From positions 25,817 through 89,816 of the forward strand of contig JBAZZD010000002.1 in assembly GCA_041659005.1 (NCBI GenBank): 64,000 bases of DNA, read 5' to 3'. The notes under the pieces were generated by a model. That model saw nothing but the letters and a program-made list of their open reading frames with translations. It was not told where the DNA came from and did no database searches. Origin of the DNA: Minisyncoccota bacterium. GTDB lineage: Bacteria > Patescibacteriota > Minisyncoccia > UBA6257 > GWB1-50-10. Shown piece by piece: positions 8,856 through 17,415 of the stretch (positions are counted from its first letter, which is position 1; each line of letters opens with the position of its first letter). The position numbers were made by a program, and so were the translations under genes.

Positions 8856-9982
8856 TAAAAAAATTACGAATTCCTAAAAGTTCTTCTCCTGATTTTGTTT
8901 TTTTGGGATTTCTTGCGGTACTTATTATATTTGGACTTGTAATTCTTACAAGCGCGTCATCTGATCTCGCAAAAACAGAGACCGGGGACAGTATGTATTA
9001 TTTGAAACATCAAATAACAAATGGATTGTCAGTAGGTATAATTGGATTTCTGATTGGATATTTTCTTTATTATCGAATATGGGAAAAAATTTCAGTTCCG
9101 CTTCTTGTTCTTGGAATTGTTCTTCTGTTTCTCGTTTTTACCCCGTTAGTTGATATTCAAAAAGGGGGTGCAAGATGGATTGATTTTCAAATTTTTAAAT
9201 TCCAACCTGGAGAATTTATTAAATTAGCATTTCTTGTCTACCTTTCTGCATGGGTTGGTAAAAATCAAGAGCGGAGCAAAAGTTTTATTGGTGGGTTTAT
9301 TCCGTTTTCACTTCTTGTTGGGGTAGTGATGATATTACTTATATTACAACCAGCAACTTCAACTGCTGCTCTTGTTTTCTTCTCATCACTTATCACTTAT
9401 TTTATTGCGGGTGCAAAACCTAAGTTTTTTATTGGTATGATCCTTATTGGCGCCATCTCTCTTGGCGTACTTATTTTTGCTGTCAAAAATAATGACGGCG
9501 AAAATTATCGGTTAAAACGTGTTGCAACTTTTTTACACCCAGAAAGTGATCCACTTGGTTCTGGGTGGCACATAAATCAAGCGCTTAATGCAATTGGATC
9601 TGGTGGTATATTTGGCGTTGGGTTTGGGAAATCAACTTCAAAACTTTATTTTCTTCCTGAGCCAATAGGAGATTCAATCTTTGCGGTTATCGCCGAAGAA
9701 CTTGGATTTATTGGTGCTGTTGGTTTTCTTTTCTTTTTCCTTGCATTTTTATGGCGTGGATTTAAAATTGCTACACGCGCACCTGACAATTTTGCTAAGT
9801 TTTTGGTTGTTGGGTTTATGAGTATTCTTGGTCTCCAAGCGTTCGTAAACATTGCCGCCATATCAGGAGTTATTCCGTTAACTGGTGTGCCATTGCCATT
9901 TGTGAGTTATGGCGGTACTGCACTCGCAGTATTTCTTACTATGTCAGGCATTATTGCGAATGTATCAAAATATAAACGATAA
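8852..9982 (+). CDS. ftsW: SEDS-family peptidoglycan glycosyltransferase FtsW/RodA
   Basis: Ten TM segments; GDSIFAVIAEELGFIG and PLPFVSYGGT motifs; 4-nt ATGA overlap with the upstream gene. Confidence 0.85.
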   Translation: MIKKLRIPKSSSPDFVFLGFLAVLIIFGLVILTSASSDLAKTETGDSMYYLKHQITNGLSVGIIGFLIGYFLYYRIWEKISVPLLVLGIVLLFLVFTPLVDIQKGGARWIDFQIFKFQPGEFIKLAFLVYLSAWVGKNQERSKSFIGGFIPFSLLVGVVMILLILQPATSTAALVFFSSLITYFIAGAKPKFFIGMILIGAISLGVLIFAVKNNDGENYRLKRVATFLHPESDPLGSGWHINQALNAIGSGGIFGVGFGKSTSKLYFLPEPIGDSIFAVIAEELGFIGAVGFLFFFLAFLWRGFKIATRAPDNFAKFLVVGFMSILGLQAFVNIAAISGVIPLTGVPLPFVSYGGTALAVFLTMSGIIANVSKYKR

Positions 9983-9984
9983 TT

Positions 9985-11136
9985 ATGAGAAAAAATAATG
10001 TAGTAAGAATTGGTATCGCTGGTGGTGGAACGGGTGGACATATCTATCCGCTTCTTGCGGTATGCGATGCATTTTCAAAGAAACGTGGACCCTATGATGA
10101 CACCGTCATTGAATTTCACTATTTTGGAAGACCTGGAATCTATCAAAATGAATTTGATTTTAGAAGCATTCGCGCTCATTCAATTATTGGAAGTAGATTA
10201 CGTCGATATGCTTCAATTCAAAATGTTTTTGATATTCCCAAATTTTTTATAAGCATAGTACAGGCATTATTTTCGCTCCTTTTGGTCATGCCTGATGTTG
10301 TTTTTTCAAAAGGTGGACCTGGATCAATTCCTGTCGTCTTTGCTGCATGGTTTTACAGAATTCCGATAGTAATTCATGAATCTGATGCAGTTCCCGGACT
10401 TGCGAATAGAGTTGCTGCACGATTTGCAAGAAAAATTTGCATTTCATTTCCTGAGTCAAAAGAATTTTTTGATGAAAAGAAAGTTGTAGCGACGGGAAAT
10501 CCGATTCGCGATGAGCTTATAAAAAATAGAATGTCAAAAGTTGGAGCAAAAAACTTTTGGAGAATGGATGAGCATCTTCCACTCGCGCTTGTTGTTGGTG
10601 GCTCGCAGGGGTCGCAACGCATTAATTCATTTATAACAGAAAATCTTGAAGAATTACTTAAAGACGTACAAATACTACATCAGGTAGGACAGAGTAATTA
10701 TCAAGAAATTGAAATGTCCATGCGTGAAATTATGGCGCTTGTTCCGCGGGAACTTCATGGGAGGTATCGGGCAGTTTCGTTTATGGATGTCGAAGAAATG
10801 AAAAATGCAATGACTGCTGCTGATGTGATTATTTCTCGTGCCGGTTCTGGCGCAATTTTTGAGATTGCGTCATTTAAGACTCCAACAATTCTTATTCCAC
10901 TTGAAGAGTCTGCAGGAGATCATCAAAAAGTAAATGCATATGCATATTCAAAAACGGGTTATGCATTCGTGCTTGAGGAAGAGAATATGACGTTGCACAC
11001 ACTTCAATCTCGTATTCGTGCACTCATTTCTCCAGAATTTACACCAAATAATAGAGGAGAAAAAACAGATTTATTCTTTTTTTCTCAATCTGCCGAACGT
11101 ATTGCAGATGAGGTTATGGGCCTTATTTCAGGGTGA
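9985..11136 (+). CDS. murG: UDP-GlcNAc--MurNAc-pentapeptide-undecaprenol GlcNAc transferase
   Basis: IGIAGGGTGGHIYPLLAV N-terminus and GT28 C-terminal domain. Confidence 0.9.
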   Translation: MRKNNVVRIGIAGGGTGGHIYPLLAVCDAFSKKRGPYDDTVIEFHYFGRPGIYQNEFDFRSIRAHSIIGSRLRRYASIQNVFDIPKFFISIVQALFSLLLVMPDVVFSKGGPGSIPVVFAAWFYRIPIVIHESDAVPGLANRVAARFARKICISFPESKEFFDEKKVVATGNPIRDELIKNRMSKVGAKNFWRMDEHLPLALVVGGSQGSQRINSFITENLEELLKDVQILHQVGQSNYQEIEMSMREIMALVPRELHGRYRAVSFMDVEEMKNAMTAADVIISRAGSGAIFEIASFKTPTILIPLEESAGDHQKVNAYAYSKTGYAFVLEEENMTLHTLQSRIRALISPEFTPNNRGEKTDLFFFSQSAERIADEVMGLISG

Positions 11137-11158
11137 CTATTGTAAAATATGAGGTATA

Positions 11159-12553
11159 ATGGGGATTATGAGTGTCCGTGTACGTTTTGCGCCCTCGCCA
11201 ACAGGATTTTTGCATATTGGAGGGGTTAGAACTGCATTGTTTAACTGGCTCTTTGCCAAGCGCGAGGGCGGAGTGTTTATTTTGCGTATTGAGGATACAG
11301 ACAAAGAGCGATCTGAAAAGCGTTTCGAAGATGATATTCTAAAGAATTTTGAATGGTTCGGAATCAGTTCTGATGAACCAATCTGGCGACAAAGCGAAAG
11401 AATTGATGTGTATAAAAAATATCTTTTACAACTTTTAAATAAAGGGAAGGCGTATTATTGTTTTTGCAAAGAAGATGAGCTTGAATCTGAATATCAAGCA
11501 CAAATGAGTCAGGGAATCGCTCCAAAGTATAGTGGACGATGTCGCTCCATTTCTCGTGAGGATGGAGAACTACGTGCAAAAACTGAGCGGGCGGTGATAC
11601 GAATAAAAATGCCAGAGCAGTTAATACAATTTACGGATTCAGTTCGTGGAAAAGTAAGTTTTGATACAAAATTATTTGGTGACATTATTATTGCAAAAGG
11701 GCTTGAAGAACCATTATATAATTTTGCTGTAGTTGTCGACGATCATGAAACAAAAATTACTCACGTAATTCGCGGTGAGGAACATTTACCAAATACACCG
11801 AAACAAATTGTTATTCAAAATGCACTTGGGTTTCCAAGTGTTCAATATGGACACCTTCCGTTAATTTTGGACACAAGCAAAAAGAAACTTTCAAAGCGAT
11901 TTTTACAAGATTCATTGAATCAATATAGGGCGGATGGTTATCTTCCTTCGGCAATTCTTAATTTCCTCGTTTTGTTGGGGTGGCATCCAGAAAATGATCG
12001 CGAGATATTAACAGTTGAAGAGATGAAAAAGGAATTTTCATTAAAGAGAGTTCAAAAGGCAGGGGCGGTATATAACACAGAGAAACTCGATTGGTTAAAT
12101 GCGATGCATATACGAATGGTTCCACTTCCAGATCTTGTTGAGCAGGTTCTTCCTTTTGTTCCTGAGATCTGGAAGGTAGATACTACAAAACTTACTCGAG
12201 TTGTTGAGTTCACGCGAGAGCGAATGAAAAAATTGAGTGATTTTCCTCTTGAGGCAAAACCATTTTTTGAAATTGCTTCGTATGACGTTAAGCTTCTTAT
12301 GTGGAAAGATTTTCCTTTATCTGATTCAAAGAAGCATTTATTGGAGATTTTAACTCTCATTAAGAGTGGGGGAGACAGTAGTGTAAAAATAATGGAATAT
12401 GCAAACAAGGAGGGGAAGGGAAATGTGTTGTGGCCTCTTCGTGTTGCATTTTCTGGTCTTCAAAATTCACCTGGGCCACTAGAGCTCCTTTCAGTATTTG
12501 GACCGATTGAGGCAGAAAAAAGAATAATTGATGCGATTCAAAAGATTTCTTAA
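11159..12553 (+). CDS. gltX: glutamate--tRNA ligase
   Basis: RFAPSPTGFLHIGGVRTALFNW (HIGH motif) and KLSKR (KMSKS motif). Confidence 0.9.
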   Translation: MGIMSVRVRFAPSPTGFLHIGGVRTALFNWLFAKREGGVFILRIEDTDKERSEKRFEDDILKNFEWFGISSDEPIWRQSERIDVYKKYLLQLLNKGKAYYCFCKEDELESEYQAQMSQGIAPKYSGRCRSISREDGELRAKTERAVIRIKMPEQLIQFTDSVRGKVSFDTKLFGDIIIAKGLEEPLYNFAVVVDDHETKITHVIRGEEHLPNTPKQIVIQNALGFPSVQYGHLPLILDTSKKKLSKRFLQDSLNQYRADGYLPSAILNFLVLLGWHPENDREILTVEEMKKEFSLKRVQKAGAVYNTEKLDWLNAMHIRMVPLPDLVEQVLPFVPEIWKVDTTKLTRVVEFTRERMKKLSDFPLEAKPFFEIASYDVKLLMWKDFPLSDSKKHLLEILTLIKSGGDSSVKIMEYANKEGKGNVLWPLRVAFSGLQNSPGPLELLSVFGPIEAEKRIIDAIQKIS

Positions 12554-12554
12554 T

Positions 12555-13886
12555 ATGCAAAAAATACCCAGCATACTATTTGCAATGAGTGTGGTGATAG
12601 TTTTTGCATTTTTTATAACGCAAAAAACATTAGCGCAATCTTCTCCTTTTTCATTTTTCTCTAATGCGCTTGGTGATCTAGAAAAAAGTATTGAAGAAAA
12701 AAACAACGAGCTTCAAAAAATAAAAGAACAAAGAGACTCATTACAACGCTCACTTGATGTAGTGAGTGAAGTTGGGAATTCGTTAAAAAAGGACATTCAA
12801 GTATATAATACCAGCATTAATCAGCTAAATCTTTCGATAAAATCAAGTGCGGTAAATATTGAAAAACTTGATATGGAAATTGATGTTTTGGGAAATGACG
12901 TTCGTGACATGCAGGACGAAATTGAAACAAAGCAGATAGCGATTGGGCGGTTAATAGGGGAGATACAACAGGCCGACAATGAATCATTCATTGAACGAAT
13001 TTTGAAAAGTGAATCATTGAGCGAAAGTATCGCACAAGCGGAAAGTATAAAAACATTAAATTCTGCTTTGTCAACTAGTATAAAAGATTTGCAGTCATTA
13101 CGAACCGAATATAAAAATAAAATTGAATCAACAAAACAAAAGAAGGGACAAAAAGAAACACAAAAAGATACACTATTAACTTTGCAACAAATAACTGCGG
13201 AACAAAAAATAGAAAAACAGAAAATTCTTGAAGTTACAAAATCACAAGAACAGCAATATGCAAAACAGCTTGAAGAGCTTGATAAACGTCAAGAAGAAAT
13301 AGGAAATGCAATTTCTGAAATTGAAGACAGGTTGCGTACGTCGTTCAATCCAAATCTTTTGCCCATACAGCGTTTTGGTGTTTTGAATTTTCCACTTGAA
13401 TCACCATACGTTACGCAATGCTATGGAAAGACTCCCTCTGCACTAAAATTATACAAGACAAAATCTCATAATGGTCTTGATCTTGGAACTCCTGTTGGAA
13501 CACCAGTTTTTGCTGCTGAATCAGGAAAAATTGCAAAGGTAGGAAATAACGATCGAGGAGCATCTCGGTGGTCAAAATATCAATACGGAAAATATATTGT
13601 TATTAAACATGATAATAATCTCGCAACGCTCTATGGACATCTGTCTTCGCAAATAGTAAAAGAAGGAGCGCAAGTAGAAAAGGGTGCTCTTATCGGATAT
13701 TCCGGAAATACTGGGTACTCGTTTGGGCCTCATTTACATTTTGGTGTACTGTGGGCGCCTACACTACAATATAAAGCAATACCACCGGCAGCAGGAGTAG
13801 TACCAATTGGTGTTACGATTGATCCAGCAACATATTTACCCTCAATTGCTGGATATCCACATGGAAGGGATTCTGGATGTAAATAA
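12555..13886 (+). CDS. M23 family metallopeptidase with N-terminal coiled coil (EnvC/LytM-like)
   Basis: TM start, long coiled coil, then LYGHLSS...GNTGYSFGPHLHFGV M23 active site. Start taken at the ATG at 12555 just after the gltX stop; track start 12528 overlaps gltX. Confidence 0.8.
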   Translation: MQKIPSILFAMSVVIVFAFFITQKTLAQSSPFSFFSNALGDLEKSIEEKNNELQKIKEQRDSLQRSLDVVSEVGNSLKKDIQVYNTSINQLNLSIKSSAVNIEKLDMEIDVLGNDVRDMQDEIETKQIAIGRLIGEIQQADNESFIERILKSESLSESIAQAESIKTLNSALSTSIKDLQSLRTEYKNKIESTKQKKGQKETQKDTLLTLQQITAEQKIEKQKILEVTKSQEQQYAKQLEELDKRQEEIGNAISEIEDRLRTSFNPNLLPIQRFGVLNFPLESPYVTQCYGKTPSALKLYKTKSHNGLDLGTPVGTPVFAAESGKIAKVGNNDRGASRWSKYQYGKYIVIKHDNNLATLYGHLSSQIVKEGAQVEKGALIGYSGNTGYSFGPHLHFGVLWAPTLQYKAIPPAAGVVPIGVTIDPATYLPSIAGYPHGRDSGCK

Positions 13887-13897
13887 CAATTTCGTAT

Positions 13898-14329
13898 ATG
13901 AAAAAAATAATTTTATGTAACATCGCAGTAACATTCTTGGTTCTCAATTTCTTTTTCTATTCTAACAAAGTAAATGCGCAGATGATTAATTCGTCGAGTT
14001 CACTGGAATCAATAGTAAAAAGTTTTTTGCCTGATCCCGCAAAAGAAGTTCTCGACATTGCAAATGATGCACGAAAGAAAATCGAATCGAAAATTGGAAT
14101 TGATTTTGAGAAGATGACCGCTAATTGGGCATTGTCTGGGATAAATGCCGGATCTTCACAGAAAATAACCCCAGAATCTACAATAAACCTATTAGAACAG
14201 GTTTCAGGGCTCACAAGTACGGTAAATCCGGCCAACACGCCTGATTTTGTCGGTAGAGTTACGGATATCATCCGACAATTTATAAAATATATTTTTGATA
14301 TCATACGAAATATCCTTGGTATGATTTAG
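13898..14329 (+). CDS. secreted hypothetical protein
   Basis: Signal peptide MKKIILCNIAVTFLVLNFFFYSNKVNA. Confidence 0.5.
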   Translation: MKKIILCNIAVTFLVLNFFFYSNKVNAQMINSSSSLESIVKSFLPDPAKEVLDIANDARKKIESKIGIDFEKMTANWALSGINAGSSQKITPESTINLLEQVSGLTSTVNPANTPDFVGRVTDIIRQFIKYIFDIIRNILGMI

Positions 14330-14745
14330 GAGGGAATTTATAAAAAATCCACATATATCAATTAAAAAGATTTGGTATGTATTTGAAATGTTTGTACTCG
14401 CATTAAAAAGAGTGCATATGTCGTAAAGAGCCACTTATGGAAAACTTTCGTCGTATAGGAGACGCGCCTTTTATTGCGATGGCTATGTCGCAAAAGGTAT
14501 ATTGTGCGACATATCTAAATATCAAAATACCTCTCTTTGTGCACTTCCCCTGGGTTTCCCTATATCCTTTTAAGGTGATCATTTTTTCTCTAATCTGTTG
14601 TATTGCTTGTATTTTTATTCCCAATTTTTATTTTTGAATTATTTCTATATATAAAATTGTTTTTTGAATTGAACATTTTGCTGTTATTTCTGGGTCGGGG
14701 TACTCCCCCATATAATGTGCATTTATCTGTTGTGATGATTATCTA

Positions 14746-14776
14746 GAATAAAAAATCCAGCATTATATGCTGGAAA
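14746..14776 (-). terminator. rho-independent terminator (minus strand)
   Basis: ccagcatataatgctgg hairpin followed by attttttatt when read on the minus strand. Confidence 0.55.
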
Positions 14777-14779
14777 TTG

Positions 14780-15049
14780 TTATTTGTATGTGAATGGAAT
14801 ATTTTTTGTAGTTTGGAAGTGTCCGGGACGTGCAGATATCCCTTCGCGCAACGTGATTTTGCCATTACCGAGCACGTCGTCGTTTGCTGCAGACTTAAGA
14901 TGTTTCTGCGCGTGCTTTTTCGCCTCGGTAGCGTTATTTGCTTGGAACGTGTGGACAAAAATTTCATTTTTCCGTCCCAATATGGTTGTTTTTCCTATTG
15001 GTTTTTTAATGCCGCGTTCTTTCAACGGGTATGCAAGTTTGTAGTACAT
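14780..15049 (-). CDS. hypothetical small basic protein
   Basis: 89-aa ORF with a terminator directly downstream; no family recognised. Confidence 0.45.
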   Translation of the reverse strand: MYYKLAYPLKERGIKKPIGKTTILGRKNEIFVHTFQANNATEAKKHAQKHLKSAANDDVLGNGKITLREGISARPGHFQTTKNIPFTYK

Positions 15050-15250
15050 ATTTATCTCCTTTTAATTAATGTACATTTTGTACCTTACTATTTATATTGA
15101 ATTATGTCAATAAATAAAATAAAAAATCACTGGTACAATTGAATGATATAGTTATGAAAATTAATTTAAACAACACGAAGTCGCAAATCATATCAGAAGA
15201 TGTTTTTGTAATTTGTTTTGATTGCATAAACATTTCCTGTCTTTAACGGG

Positions 15251-16021
15251 ATGGACGATTTTAAAACCGCGGATGAATTTAAGGATGCGTGCGGATATAC
15301 ACTTGATAATGATGTGTGGTATCCTCGCGTAACAAAGATTGTTGAAATAAAAGCGAAACCGGCACTCTACTATTTTTATGCGAAAATGCCAAACTATCGT
15401 GCGGCAGAGCAGGTGAAGGAACAGTCAGCAGTAGAAGGAACAATGATTCATGAGGCAGCCGAGGCGATTCTTATGGGACAGAAACCTGTTATTCCCTACT
15501 CTATTACTCCATCAATGTCTGCGTTCGCTGAATATCTTTTAGAAAACAATATTGAAGTTGATCCAAAACATGTTGAGGTACGACTTACGAGTGATAAACA
15601 TAGATATGCAGGAACACTTGATGCAATTGCACGAATTGGCGGAAAACTTGGAATACTTGATATTAAAACCTCTTTAGAAATCTATCGAGATTATAATATT
15701 CAAACTTCTGCATATTTTTACGCAATGAAAGATTTAGTTCCAGAGCTTTCTACTCGCTGGATATTGCGAATTGATCAAAGTCGGCCTTGTATGAATTGTG
15801 GCGCAGTACTTCGGGCAAAAGGTGGACGCGAACAGGTAAAGATAAAATGGGATGATCCGTTTATGCGCTCGTGTAAACACGAGTTTGGCCCACTTGTTGG
15901 GCATATTGAATTAAAGGAACTTCATAATGTTGAAAATGATTTTGAGGCATTTCTTGGTGCAAAACGATTATGGGAATGGGAACACGAAGAATGGCTCAAA
16001 AAAATTGGATATTTGAAATGA
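15251..16021 (+). CDS. PD-(D/E)XK nuclease superfamily protein (RecB/Cas4-like fold) with Cys cluster
   Basis: GTLDAIARIGGKLGILDIKTS gives a D...D/E-x-K motif; Cys cluster CMNCGAV...SCKHEF. Confidence 0.55.
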   Translation: MDDFKTADEFKDACGYTLDNDVWYPRVTKIVEIKAKPALYYFYAKMPNYRAAEQVKEQSAVEGTMIHEAAEAILMGQKPVIPYSITPSMSAFAEYLLENNIEVDPKHVEVRLTSDKHRYAGTLDAIARIGGKLGILDIKTSLEIYRDYNIQTSAYFYAMKDLVPELSTRWILRIDQSRPCMNCGAVLRAKGGREQVKIKWDDPFMRSCKHEFGPLVGHIELKELHNVENDFEAFLGAKRLWEWEHEEWLKKIGYLK

Positions 16022-16029
16022 TGTAATAA

Positions 16030-16058
16030 AAATCCCCGCTTTTTGCGGGGGTTTGTTT
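16030..16058. terminator. bidirectional intrinsic terminator
   Basis: ccccgc-tttt-gcgggg hairpin flanked by A/T runs, between convergent genes. Confidence 0.6.
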
Positions 16059-16527
16059 ATATCGCTCCACCAATATAACGAAGTTCATATGCTTCACCAA
16101 CATCTTTTTCTGAGATCATTTCTTCACCAGAAAAGAAGTTTAGGTTCCCATGAGAAATATTGATGTATGTGAAATTATATTTCTCATTCTTAAAGAATTC
16201 TGGCCCTCTGTATGGTTTATCTTGATCTACTTCAAGAAGTGCAAGTTTCAGAAAGGAAGTTATATTCTTTTCTGTTCCATTTTTTGCGATTATTCTTCCA
16301 TGATATGACATTCCCCATACCGGTTTTCCTTCGAATAATACGACTTCAGATCCTAGGAAAGAATCTGTTCCAATATATTTATCGGTGTATTCCCAATCAC
16401 CACGTCGTACAATAATTTTTACTGCTCCACTTTTCTCATACTTAATTATTTCAGTTGCGCCTTCTTTATTTGCATATCCGTTCTTTTTTGCAAAGACGAT
16501 AAATGCAATAAGTTCCTTTTCATTCAT
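16057..16527 (-). CDS. hypothetical protein
   Basis: Track ORF 16057..16593. An internal ATG at 16527 is preceded by AAAAGGAG (an SD) and gives MNEKELIAF... Confidence 0.5.
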   Translation of the reverse strand: MNEKELIAFIVFAKKNGYANKEGATEIIKYEKSGAVKIIVRRGDWEYTDKYIGTDSFLGSEVVLFEGKPVWGMSYHGRIIAKNGTEKNITSFLKLALLEVDQDKPYRGPEFFKNEKYNFTYINISHGNLNFFSGEEMISEKDVGEAYELRYIGGAI

Positions 16528-16629
16528 GGTATTTCTCCTTTTTAATGAATGGCTCATTAAAACATTAAATTTGTCTTTTAGCAAGCGATACACTAGTTTC
16601 TATATAAAGAAATCGGTATTATTAAATAT

Positions 16630-17064
16630 ATGAATGATGCAAATCACGAATATTGGCCAAAGGTAGGTGTTGCCGTGATGATCCTTAAAAATGGTAATGT
16701 TTTAATGGGAAAAAGAAAGAGCACACATGGTGTGGGAGACTTATCATTTCCTGGTGGAAAGATGGAACACATGGAGTCGTTTGAGGAGTGTTTACGACGT
16801 GAAGTTCGTGAAGAAACAGGAATAGAAATCAAAAACATTAAATTTCTTCGTCTTTTAAATCTTAAGGGGTATCCTCCAAAACACTTTGTTGACGTTGGCT
16901 TTGTTGCTGACTGGGCGTCAGGAGAGCCCACAACTATGGAACCAGAAAAATGTGAAGGGTGGGAATGGTATCCACTTGATGCAATCCCGATGGAACGATT
17001 ATTCTATCGTTTGGATACATTTTTTGAAGCATACAAAACAGGAAAGAATTTCTTTGATGAGTAA
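16630..17064 (+). CDS. NUDIX hydrolase
   Basis: Nudix box GGKMEHMESFEECLRREVREETGI. Confidence 0.8.
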   Translation: MNDANHEYWPKVGVAVMILKNGNVLMGKRKSTHGVGDLSFPGGKMEHMESFEECLRREVREETGIEIKNIKFLRLLNLKGYPPKHFVDVGFVADWASGEPTTMEPEKCEGWEWYPLDAIPMERLFYRLDTFFEAYKTGKNFFDE

Positions 17065-17131
17065 TAATTGACTCTGGTTATTTTTGAGTATATTCTAAGG
17101 ATGATTTTTTCAAACAAAATATGGAGACACT

Positions 17132-17368
17132 ATGTCTGAGTTAGCAACCCAAAAAGGAAAAAAGTTTGCACTTGAACAGTTGGAAAAACGTAGGAAGAAC
17201 AAGCCGGAACAGATTGATAATACATCACTCTATGCTGGTTCGCCAATGTATTTCTATTGCAAAAGCTGTGGTCACCTTGCAGATACCCTACCGGAATCAT
17301 ATATCTCAAAACCAAAAGATTTATGCGATGAATGTCAGGCTCTCAAAGATCTTGGCTGGCTCGAGTAA
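17132..17368 (+). CDS. zinc-ribbon small protein
   Basis: CKSCGH...CDEC Cys pairs; followed by a terminator. Confidence 0.45.
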   Translation: MSELATQKGKKFALEQLEKRRKNKPEQIDNTSLYAGSPMYFYCKSCGHLADTLPESYISKPKDLCDECQALKDLGWLE

Positions 17369-17379
17369 TAAAAGATAAC

Positions 17380-17410
17380 AAATCCCCTCTTTCGAGGGGA
17401 TTTATGTTTT
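17380..17410. terminator. bidirectional intrinsic terminator
   Basis: aaatcccctc-tttc-gaggggattt hairpin followed by a T-run. Confidence 0.6.
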
Positions 17411-17415
17411 ACATT

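Noticed and set aside
14403-15100. Mutually overlapping ORFs 14403..14624 -, 14437..14637 +, 14777..15100 + and 14784..15044 +
   Set aside because: They overlap each other and the better-supported 14780..15049 minus gene (which has its own terminator); no motifs.
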